Positions 7,917 through 15,089 of a stretch of 20,000 nt of DNA are shown one piece after another. The stretch comes from an uncultured virus (IMG/VR IMGVR_UViG_3300005533_000011) (taxonomy: Duplodnaviria > Heunggongvirae > Uroviricota > Caudoviricetes): the IMG/VR virus record IMGVR_UViG_3300005533_000011. The stretch is one strand, 5' to 3'. The notes under the pieces were generated by a model. That model was not told the origin of the DNA, made no database searches, and saw only the letters and a list, made by a program, of their open reading frames with translations. Each line of letters opens with the position of its first letter. The first letter of the stretch is position 1. The position numbers and the translations under genes are program-made.

Positions 7917-8285
7917 ATGGGCGAGAAGCTGAAGGCCGCGGTCGACGCCATCCCCGACGTCATGGCCGAGCTCACCCGCGATTTCGTGGAGAAGAAAGAC
8001 CTGAACGCGCGCGTCCAGGTCCGCCTTCGCATGAAGGCCCTCCTCGACTTCCTGTCGGCCGACACGGAATACCCGCCGAATCCCATCGTGGACGGGAAAA
8101 AGGGGCCCGCGGGGTTCGCTGCCGACCAGCAGATGCAAAGTCCCGCCTTTGCCGCCGGCGGGGGCGTCAACGGCAACAGCGTCTTCACGGGCACGGGCAT
8201 GAATATCAGCGCCCCCATCGCGATCTCGGCTCCCGTGCCGATCCCAGCAGCGCAGCCGATTGACAACACCGACATCCTTGGGTAA
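7917..8285 (+). CDS. hypothetical protein (MGEKLKAAV...)
   Basis: GGAGGT upstream; helical N-half, low-complexity Ala/Gly/Pro tail. Confidence 0.7.
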   Translation: MGEKLKAAVDAIPDVMAELTRDFVEKKDLNARVQVRLRMKALLDFLSADTEYPPNPIVDGKKGPAGFAADQQMQSPAFAAGGGVNGNSVFTGTGMNISAPIAISAPVPIPAAQPIDNTDILG

Positions 8286-8290
8286 CGGCA

Positions 8291-8488
8291 ATGAACGACA
8301 TCGAACTGGATGCGGCGAAGCGGCTGGCCCTCGGGCGCATCTTCCGCCTCGCCTCTCGTCCCACGCAGCCCGGCGACATCGCGGAGTACGAACGTTGCCG
8401 GGCCATCATCATGACGGATGCGCCCGAGTTTATCGACGTCCGTCCGAACTGGGCGCGCGACCGAAACAAGGGCGCGGGTGGCGACTAG
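8291..8488 (+). CDS. small hypothetical protein
   Basis: Tiles the gap; natural composition. Confidence 0.65.
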   Translation: MNDIELDAAKRLALGRIFRLASRPTQPGDIAEYERCRAIIMTDAPEFIDVRPNWARDRNKGAGGD

Positions 8489-8513
8489 AACTTACAGGCG
8501 ATAGGAGGAAATC

Positions 8514-8987
8514 ATGAACCTCACGCTGGACATCAAGGGCGGCAACGGCCACACGGAGGTCCTCTTCGAGGGGGACAAGGTCATCATCAAGTACCACAAG
8601 ACGGATCCGGTCGAGCGCGGACTGATCGAGCAGCTGGTCGAGAAGGGCCAGAAGCTGGGGCTCGTGCTGTACACCTCGAAGAAGGAAGAGCCCACGGTGC
8701 CCCTGGCCGACATCAAGGACGTCCTCATGAAGAAGGGCGGCGAGATCGCGCTGAAGGGAGAGGACGAGAAGGTCGTGGACCTCGTCAAGGAGATCGTCCT
8801 CAAGGGCCCCGACGAAGCCGTCGAGAAGCTGGCCGCCTCGAAGATCGAGGAGGAGCTCAAGAAGGGGCGTCTCGTCTACGAGGCCCAGCCTGATCGGACC
8901 TGGAAGGTCCTCGACAAGAGCGCCGTCTTCAAGCCGAAGAAGGAGAAGCAGCGCGTGAGCACGAGCGCCCCCGTAGTCGGAGGGTAA
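8514..8987 (+). CDS. protein with C-terminal di-glycine (APVVGG), candidate ubiquitin-like modifier
   Basis: Strong AGGAGG SD; highly biased codons; ends VSTSAPVVGG-stop; apparent internal duplication (EKGQKLGLVLY / EEELKKGRLVY). CDS is secure, function is inference. Confidence 0.8.
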   Translation: MNLTLDIKGGNGHTEVLFEGDKVIIKYHKTDPVERGLIEQLVEKGQKLGLVLYTSKKEEPTVPLADIKDVLMKKGGEIALKGEDEKVVDLVKEIVLKGPDEAVEKLAASKIEEELKKGRLVYEAQPDRTWKVLDKSAVFKPKKEKQRVSTSAPVVGG

Positions 8988-9848
8988 ATGCTCGGCGCGC
9001 AACAGACCAACTATTCTGGCGCTCAGTTCAGCTTCGGCCCCGACGGCGCGAACGGGGTTCCGACGGTATACTGCACGGCACCGGCCCCTGCCCGGGGGCT
9101 TCTCTGGGGCCCGGACCGGAAGCTTGACTTCTGGAAAGCCTCGAGGGCCGGGCTCGTCGCTCCCGAGGAACGCAGGGCCGTTTCCCTCCTCGCTTCTTAT
9201 GCCGACGAGGAGCGCCTCTCGTACTACCTGTATTCCGGACTCTTCCCGGCTCTCGGCAACGTCACGAAGAAACTCTACATGGTCCGCCGCTTCCACACGG
9301 TGGTCGAGCTCGACGATGGCGTGCCCGCGGTCTCGTGGTGCATCCTGACCACGACCAGGCAGAACGTCCCCGAGACGGACCACGTCATCACCATGAAGAA
9401 CTTGATCGAGGGCGAGGAGCTTTCCTTCAGGGCCGTGGCCAACCGGTTCGAGCCGAACACGGATCCTTTCGTGGGCACGGTGCCGCTCCGAAACCACGTG
9501 ACGAACCCGTATGTCAACGGCCGCGTCGGCCTGCCGGCGCCTTACGACGACAGGCACGGGAAGGGCTTCACAGATCTCAAGAAGTGGCACGATCTGGCGA
9601 TGTTTCGGTGCCGGCTCGTCCATGATGCGGTCATGCACTTGGGACGCATGAAGGATCCGGCCGCGAAGAGCCAGAAGACGGCCGCGCCGGCGCAGCAATA
9701 CAAGATGCTTGATGACTGGGAGTCGATGCTTCTCCGCATCCGGGACCACCTGGCGGCGAGCTATGACATCGAGATTCCCAAGGATGGGCCGAAGCTTTTC
9801 CCGTCGAATGCAATTCCGGTCATTCAACCCGACGGCTCCCTCGCATAG
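8988..9848 (+). CDS. hypothetical protein with WCI...P..D...K..IE.EE..F...AN motif; partner of the GG protein
   Basis: Start directly abuts the upstream stop (TAAATG) with GGAGGG SD. Confidence 0.8.
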   Translation: MLGAQQTNYSGAQFSFGPDGANGVPTVYCTAPAPARGLLWGPDRKLDFWKASRAGLVAPEERRAVSLLASYADEERLSYYLYSGLFPALGNVTKKLYMVRRFHTVVELDDGVPAVSWCILTTTRQNVPETDHVITMKNLIEGEELSFRAVANRFEPNTDPFVGTVPLRNHVTNPYVNGRVGLPAPYDDRHGKGFTDLKKWHDLAMFRCRLVHDAVMHLGRMKDPAAKSQKTAAPAQQYKMLDDWESMLLRIRDHLAASYDIEIPKDGPKLFPSNAIPVIQPDGSLA

Positions 9849-9858
9849 CGGAGGCGGC

Positions 9859-9990
9859 ATGGTCCACTGCAAGAACTGGGATCGCGCGCTCCAGGCCATG
9901 CAGGACGCTCGAGGACGGATCCGGAACCGGCCGCGGCGCTGCCGGTCTCGGATCTTCAAGACGTTCTGGAAGATGGAGTTGCGGACCTGA
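9859..9990 (+). CDS. small Arg-rich peptide (43 aa)
   Basis: GGAGG SD; fills the gap up to the promoter. Confidence 0.5.
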   Translation: MVHCKNWDRALQAMQDARGRIRNRPRRCRSRIFKTFWKMELRT

Positions 9991-10013
9991 ACGCGAACCG
10001 CTAAACTTACCGG
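9979..10013 (+). promoter_or_regulatory. promoter with overlapping 16-bp dyad
   Basis: TTGCGG-17 nt-TAAACT; CCGcTAAacTTAcCGG at 9998-10013. Confidence 0.65.
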
Positions 10014-10040
10014 CGTGACAAGGACTTCGGAGGGAAGAAC

Positions 10041-10604
10041 ATGACGGTCAACACCGAGCTCGAGGAAGGCAGAGTCGCCCTCATGGACCTGGATGGGACG
10101 CTGTGCGACTACAATGGGGCGCTCAAGCGCGACATGGCGAAGATCCTTGGCGCGACCACGCTTCCCCAGGACGTGACGGAGAGAATAGAGGTCCTCGTCA
10201 AGTCGCAGACGGGCTGGTATCGAAACCTGAAGCCCCTTCCGCTCGGACTCAAGATCTACCAGACGCTGCGCGAGATCGGCTTCCAGATCGTCGTCTGCAG
10301 CAAGGGCTCCAGGGTCTCCAAGAACTCCTGGACCGAGAAAATGGAGTGGGTCGCCGAACACCTGGACGACGACGTCCTCGTCAATCTCACCCAGGCAAAG
10401 CAGATCGTCTACGGTCGCGTGATGGTGGACGACTATCCTGCGCACTTCAAGCCCTGGCTTGAGAAACGGCCTAGGGGGATCGTGATCGTCCCGGACCAGC
10501 CCTGGAACAGCGAGATCGAGACGGGCGACCGGATCATCAAGGTCCACACGCTCGAGGACGTCGAGGATGCCCGGCTGACCCTTGAGGAAGCCTTCTCTCG
10601 GTGA
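10041..10604 (+). CDS. 5'(3')-deoxyribonucleotidase-like HAD hydrolase (NT5C type)
   Basis: DLDGTLCD motif I, VCSK, W.EK.EW, K...G.VMVDDYP, PWN. Confidence 0.85.
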   Translation: MTVNTELEEGRVALMDLDGTLCDYNGALKRDMAKILGATTLPQDVTERIEVLVKSQTGWYRNLKPLPLGLKIYQTLREIGFQIVVCSKGSRVSKNSWTEKMEWVAEHLDDDVLVNLTQAKQIVYGRVMVDDYPAHFKPWLEKRPRGIVIVPDQPWNSEIETGDRIIKVHTLEDVEDARLTLEEAFSR

Positions 10605-10630
10605 GCGTGTTCGAATTGGCGGGGTGAGCG

Positions 10631-10804
10631 ATGGCGGACAGGGGAAACGGAAAGCAGGCAGAAAAGCGGGATTTCAAGGTCCTGTGCCCCGCCTGCGGCA
10701 AGAAGGTCGACCGTGTCGACGGGGAATACGCCCGCCACTATCAGGGCTCGGAATCCATTGAGAACCTCTGCCTGATGTCCAGGCGGGAGATCGTCACGCC
10801 GTGA
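10631..10804 (+). CDS. small zinc-finger protein (57 aa)
   Basis: CPACGK...H...C; GTGA overlap with the next gene; below the track cutoff. Confidence 0.6.
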   Translation: MADRGNGKQAEKRDFKVLCPACGKKVDRVDGEYARHYQGSESIENLCLMSRREIVTP

Positions 10805-11277
10805 GTGACGGGGACTCCATCCACGCCGGTGAGGAGACCGACGTCTGCGTGGCCAGAGAAGTGTTCGGCTTCCAGGTCCGCGAGATGTGGCTTTGGATTC
10901 CCGAAAGCGAAGGATCTCGCCGGTACGAAGAGAAGCCTCCAACGAATGACTTCGACAAGGCTCTCTATACCGCCGAGCGGCAATGGTGCTTCTACGATCC
11001 GGGCATCGGATTCAAACCCATACCTCGCTACAGTCGCCACCATTTGGATGCCATGGCGATCGTGGAGCATTTTCGCCGGAAACAATGCCGGATAGTCCTC
11101 GAAGGAGAGAACTGGCCCGAAGGAGGCGAGTGGTTCTGCAAGATCCTCCATCCCCCGAATTTCAAGATCGTAGCTACAGGTCGGGATGAAGCGAAAGATG
11201 GAGGAGAGCCGTCATTTCCTCTCGCCGTGTGTAGAGCGGCCCTTCGGTACGCTGCGGTCTCCAGAGGTGAGGGATGA
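10801..11277 (+). CDS. phage ABA-sandwich-like domain protein
   Basis: D..VAREVFG...PRYS....AM.IVE...W.C...PLAVCRAAL. Confidence 0.7.
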   Translation: MSDGDSIHAGEETDVCVAREVFGFQVREMWLWIPESEGSRRYEEKPPTNDFDKALYTAERQWCFYDPGIGFKPIPRYSRHHLDAMAIVEHFRRKQCRIVLEGENWPEGGEWFCKILHPPNFKIVATGRDEAKDGGEPSFPLAVCRAALRYAAVSRGEG

Positions 11278-11564
11278 TCAAGCACTGCGTCAAGGTTCCG
11301 CTCGATCTGCATCCTGAGGTCCTGGAAAAGATCGAGTTCTGGTGGGCCGGCGAAAAGGTCACCCTCGGCGAGTTCAACAGGCGCTCGATCGAGCAGATGC
11401 GGGCGGCGGTCAAGGACGTCGACACGATCCAGCTCGGCGCCGATCTGCAGGAGGCCGTCTCCGGAGGGAGCAAGGCCGCCGCGCAGCTCGACATGCTCGA
11501 AATGGTCCTCAAGGCGCCGCTCTGCGAGGCGTGCAAGCTGATGATCGAGAACCTGAAGCCATGA
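11274..11564 (+). CDS. hypothetical protein
   Basis: GAGG SD, ATGA overlaps. Confidence 0.7.
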   Translation: MIKHCVKVPLDLHPEVLEKIEFWWAGEKVTLGEFNRRSIEQMRAAVKDVDTIQLGADLQEAVSGGSKAAAQLDMLEMVLKAPLCEACKLMIENLKP

Positions 11565-11800
11565 CGAACGAAAAGCTGCCACGCGGCCTCATCCGCGAGG
11601 ACGTCCTCCGGAGGATCTCGATGGAGCAGTCGAAGGCCATCTTCTCCGCGGCATGGCCCGTCGAGCTCCGGGAACGCTGGCCGGCCTGGATGAAAGAGGC
11701 GATCGACAAGGCGGAAAGCCTCTCCGCGGAGGCATTCGGCCACGGGTTCGAAATGGCGGTCCGGGAAATATTCCATACGGTCAAGGACGAGGGGAGATAG
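11561..11800 (+). CDS. hypothetical protein (MTNEKLPRG...)
   Basis: ATGA overlap; 3' part of track ORF 11342..11800. Confidence 0.7.
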   Translation: MTNEKLPRGLIREDVLRRISMEQSKAIFSAAWPVELRERWPAWMKEAIDKAESLSAEAFGHGFEMAVREIFHTVKDEGR

Positions 11801-12274
11801 ATGCTCTGTTCCGTGCTGAAGCGTCCGGATGAGGTTGCGGACCCCATCGTCGAAGTGCGGATCGTCAAGGAGGGCGACCGTCTTTACGGGATGGTCGCTT
11901 GGCCCAAAGGCGAGATCCCCAGACCTCTCCAGCGACTTCTCGACGGATACTGGACGCGGAATCACGCCTACGGCTACCTCCTGACCCCTGAAGGGAAACT
12001 CTACAAGATCGAGGGGTACGGAGCGGAAGGTGCCTCGGATCCCGAGAGGATCACCAGCCTGACCCTGGTACCGGCCTTCGAGAAGTTCAAGATCTCCGCC
12101 TACTGCAAGTGCGGTGGCGCGATGCTGGGCAGCGCACGGACTAGGGACATGAAGGCGGCCGAGAACTGCGTCAAGGTCTTCTGGGAGGCGCACAGCAAGC
12201 CCGGATGCGGAGAGACCGATCCGAAGACCGCCGCGCGCGCTCGGCGCCGGAGCGAGGCGAAGGCTACCGAATGA
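11801..12274 (+). CDS. hypothetical protein, C-terminal CxC..H..C
   Basis: GAGGGG SD, abuts the upstream stop. Confidence 0.75.
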   Translation: MLCSVLKRPDEVADPIVEVRIVKEGDRLYGMVAWPKGEIPRPLQRLLDGYWTRNHAYGYLLTPEGKLYKIEGYGAEGASDPERITSLTLVPAFEKFKISAYCKCGGAMLGSARTRDMKAAENCVKVFWEAHSKPGCGETDPKTAARARRRSEAKATE

Positions 12275-12540
12275 AGTGCGATTATTGCAAGAAGAGGCTC
12301 CGCCACCCGAAGATCGTGCATTCGGCGGCAGGCGCCTTTCACGGAGAATGCCTCGACAAATTACATGCCACGGCCAACGCCCTCGGTCCGGTGATCCATG
12401 CCTTCATGGGTTTTCAGCAGCCCGGCGGGCCGGAGCGGGTCACCAAGGCGCTCATGCAAGGGGCCGGTCCGATTGCGGACTTCCTGAAAGATATCCGTGA
12501 ACGGCAGCAGAAAGAGAAGACCGACGATTCCAAGTCTTGA
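12271..12540 (+). CDS. small zinc-finger protein (MKCDYC...H..C)
   Basis: ATGA overlap; CxxC-x15-HxxC. Confidence 0.7.
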   Translation: MKCDYCKKRLRHPKIVHSAAGAFHGECLDKLHATANALGPVIHAFMGFQQPGGPERVTKALMQGAGPIADFLKDIRERQQKEKTDDSKS

Positions 12541-12570
12541 CTTCCACAGGTAAACCGTTAAACTTACCGG
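12537..12570 (+). promoter_or_regulatory. promoter with overlapping 16-bp dyad
   Basis: TTGACT-16 nt-TAAACT; CCGtTAAacTTAcCGG at 12555-12570. Confidence 0.7.
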
Positions 12571-12594
12571 AGTGACGAGGCTTCTAACCGACCC

Positions 12595-13704
12595 ATGAAA
12601 GAATTCACGTTCAATTGCGCGCTGATGGGCGACGGAGAGAGCGGATTCTTCCGCTACCACGCGCTCTTCAAGGCGATGCCCGAGAACTTTTATGTCCGGA
12701 GCCACGCCATCCGGAACATCATGATCAATCCTGATCTCGACTTCGAGCAGGTGGTAAAGGAGATGAAGGCTCCGACCACCATCCACGTTTCATCCAGCAG
12801 GTCCTCGTACGAAGTGGTTCTCCAGCGCGGCAACTCCTTTTTCCTAATGACCTATACTTCCGGGAATGTCTCCTTCGAAGTCTTCTCGAGCGATGCCGAC
12901 GCCAAGGAGATCGCCGAAGAAGCCGTGGTCCGCCTGAAGTCGCACCTCTTCGAGAACAAGGAGCCGGACGGCGCCTATGTGGACACGACCCATCAGGCGC
13001 CGCACGGCGTCGCGCGTCATACGGAATTCATCCAGTGCCCCGAGTGGTCCGAGATCCGCGAGAACTACACCCCGGCGGCCTCGAACGCCATCTCGAGGCT
13101 CATGGACCTGGAGAAGCCCTGGGAGCGCGGTCGGCTCGTCATCTTTCACGGGCCTCCCGGGACGGGCAAGACCTACGTCCTTCGCGCTCTCCTCATGAAG
13201 TGGCGCGACCGGTTCGACTTCCTCGTGGTCACCGATCCCGAGAGAATGACGGCCAACCCCGGATACTACTACGAGGTGGCCAGCACGTCGACCAGGCGCC
13301 CGAAGCGGCATGCCGGCGACGACGAGGAAGAGACCGAGAACCATTGTAAGCGGAAGGTCTTCATCTTCGAGGACTCGGCGGATCTCGTCATCGAGGAGAG
13401 CCGCGAGCGTCACTGGGACAAGATCGGCAAGCTTCTGAACTTCACCGACGGACTGATCGGGCAGGGCCGGGAAGACATCTTCATCGTCACGTTCAACGAG
13501 GCGATCACCAAGATCGATCCCGCTTTTCTGCGGGCCGGCCGGTGCATCTCGAAGATCGAGTTCGAGAAGTTCAAGAAGGAAGAGGCCCGTAGGTGGCTCC
13601 TTAAAAAGGGAGTCGAGCATGCCATCGTCCACGATGAGATGGCGCTCTGCGACCTCTACAGCAAGCTCTATCTGGCGGCGCCGAGCGTCGCCGTCAAGGT
13701 CTAG
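12595..13704 (+). CDS. AAA+ ATPase (DUF5925-associated/BCS1-like type)
   Basis: Walker A GPPGTGKT, Walker B FIFED, LLNFTDG, sensor TFN, IDPAFLRAGR arginine finger. Confidence 0.9.
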   Translation: MKEFTFNCALMGDGESGFFRYHALFKAMPENFYVRSHAIRNIMINPDLDFEQVVKEMKAPTTIHVSSSRSSYEVVLQRGNSFFLMTYTSGNVSFEVFSSDADAKEIAEEAVVRLKSHLFENKEPDGAYVDTTHQAPHGVARHTEFIQCPEWSEIRENYTPAASNAISRLMDLEKPWERGRLVIFHGPPGTGKTYVLRALLMKWRDRFDFLVVTDPERMTANPGYYYEVASTSTRRPKRHAGDDEEETENHCKRKVFIFEDSADLVIEESRERHWDKIGKLLNFTDGLIGQGREDIFIVTFNEAITKIDPAFLRAGRCISKIEFEKFKKEEARRWLLKKGVEHAIVHDEMALCDLYSKLYLAAPSVAVKV

Positions 13705-13715
13705 GTTCTTTGAAA

Positions 13716-13952
13716 AAGCGGATCGTCGAGAGATTGCCGTGAGGGGACCGTTAGGCGCCCCAGTACGGACAGGCGCGGAAGTACGGGGTCGGAAGAAGAG
13801 CAGTACCGCGATGATGCCCCCCGCGAATTTGGGGGACCGCGCACCCAAGAAGAACCTCGCGGCGAGCCTTAGCTGCGTGCCCGGGTTGACCACTGGCGTA
13901 TGCCCCTCCCGGGATGTACCCGCGAGTTCGGCAATCTCTCGATGATCCGCTT
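13716..13952 (+). ncRNA. candidate structured ncRNA closed by a 24-bp terminal stem
   Basis: AAGCGGATCGTCGAGAGATTGCCG (13716-13739) pairs with CGGCAATCTCTCGATGATCCGCTT (13929-13952) with one G-U; internal hairpins; largest non-coding gap in the window. Confidence 0.6.
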
Positions 13953-13976
13953 GCCTATTTTTTGAGGAGGATTGCG

Positions 13977-14303
13977 ATGGGCGTCCCGCGTTTCGACGTG
14001 ATCTTCGGACCCACGAACCAGATCCAGTTCAAGCTGTACGACGGCCCCGAGCTGGTCATCACGAGCCAGGGCTACCCCAACAAGGCGGCTTGCTTCAAGG
14101 CGATCCAGCTCGTCAAGGAGAACGCGCGCGTCGACCAGCGCTACGACAAAAAGAACGTGGACGGGAAGTTCTCGTTCACGCTCAAGGCCGCGACGCACGA
14201 GGTCCTGGCGCACGGCGGCCCCTACGACACGAGCGATGCGCGGGAGAAGGTGATCACGCTCCTCCGGAAGTCGGTCGAGGCGGCCGTCACCGACAAGGCG
14301 TAG
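13977..14303 (+). CDS. yegP: YegP/DUF1508 (UPF0339) family protein, tandem domains
   Basis: GAGGAGG SD; F.L....E.VITSQGY.NKA.C..AI..VKENA...RYDKK..DGKF.F.LKAA.HEVL...Y.T...RE, colinear with E. coli YegP as recalled. Confidence 0.85.
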   Translation: MGVPRFDVIFGPTNQIQFKLYDGPELVITSQGYPNKAACFKAIQLVKENARVDQRYDKKNVDGKFSFTLKAATHEVLAHGGPYDTSDAREKVITLLRKSVEAAVTDKA

Positions 14304-14329
14304 GCCCGGGTGGTGGAGGTCCATCCTCC

Positions 14330-14824
14330 ATGGTAGTATTCGGCTATCGACGACCTATGCTTCTTCGACATGGAGATGGACGCTTGACCTGGAACGAGAT
14401 CTTCCCGGGCCGGCTCCCGGGGAAGGCGGAGATCGAGCGGATGTACCGGATGGCCTACACCGTCGATCCCAAGGTGTTCCGGGTCCAGGACGTTGTGGAC
14501 TTCGGCCTCGACCTCCACCGCCTGAAGGAGTTCGGCGACGTCCGGATGAAAAAGAGCCTGGCCGTCCTCCGGAGGAGCTGCAAGGTGCTCTGGGACCGGA
14601 TGGACGACCAGCAGAAGGCGGCCTTTCTGATCGGGGACGTCATTACCGGCCTCCGGAAGGTGTCCGGGACGCTCCAGGGCCTCGAAAAGGTGATGGGACC
14701 CATCCCGGAGGCCCACGAGGGCCTGGAAATGGCCCAAAACGGCCTTTACGCGCGAATTCCGAACGATCTGAGGGGACGGCTGGACCAGGGGTTCGGCAAG
14801 TGGAGGAGCAACGGGAAGGGCTGA
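14330..14824 (+). CDS. hypothetical protein
   Basis: ATG 14330 after GGAGGT (alternative ATG 14357); natural composition from LTWNEIF onward. Confidence 0.7.
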   Translation: MVVFGYRRPMLLRHGDGRLTWNEIFPGRLPGKAEIERMYRMAYTVDPKVFRVQDVVDFGLDLHRLKEFGDVRMKKSLAVLRRSCKVLWDRMDDQQKAAFLIGDVITGLRKVSGTLQGLEKVMGPIPEAHEGLEMAQNGLYARIPNDLRGRLDQGFGKWRSNGKG

Positions 14825-14843
14825 CGGCCCGGGGGAGACGGAG

Positions 14844-15089
14844 ATGGTGGAAGGGAAGACTCCGCTGGAGATGGCGGAGGAGCTCAACGACATGGAGGAT
14901 CGGGACATGACGTCCGCCGAGGCGGACTTTCATGACCGGGTCCTGGTGGAGCTCCGGGCCGGGAAGAAGCTCAAGCCCCGGGACGAATCGAAATTAGGGC
15001 TCCTCTACGAGAAGTACATCGCCCGCGCGGAGGACGACGAGGAGAAGACCGACAGCGCCGAAGAGGAAGTCGATGACGACGACTTCTGA
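14844..15089 (+). CDS. small acidic hypothetical protein
   Basis: GGAG SD; acidic tail EEEVDDDDF. Confidence 0.75.
   Translation: MVEGKTPLEMAEELNDMEDRDMTSAEADFHDRVLVELRAGKKLKPRDESKLGLLYEKYIARAEDDEEKTDSAEEEVDDDDF

Noticed and set aside
8430..10547. 705-aa minus-strand ORF (also 1570..2841, 11174..12193, 12844..13893, 17054..18355)
   Set aside because: Antisense shadows of GC3-biased + strand genes; no motifs, and they fully overlap well-supported coupled genes
1398..12580. CRISPR array interpretation of the repeated motif
   Set aside because: Copies are kilobases apart, sit at promoter positions and have no regular spacers
13619..13945. 108-aa + strand ORF across the intergenic element
   Set aside because: Overlaps the ATPase end, lacks an SD, has atypical composition; better explained by RNA structure
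13716..13952. tRNA, tmRNA, RNase P or hammerhead identity for the structured element
   Set aside because: No T-loop/CCA end, no GAGGAAAGUCC, no CUGAUGA-GAAA core seen
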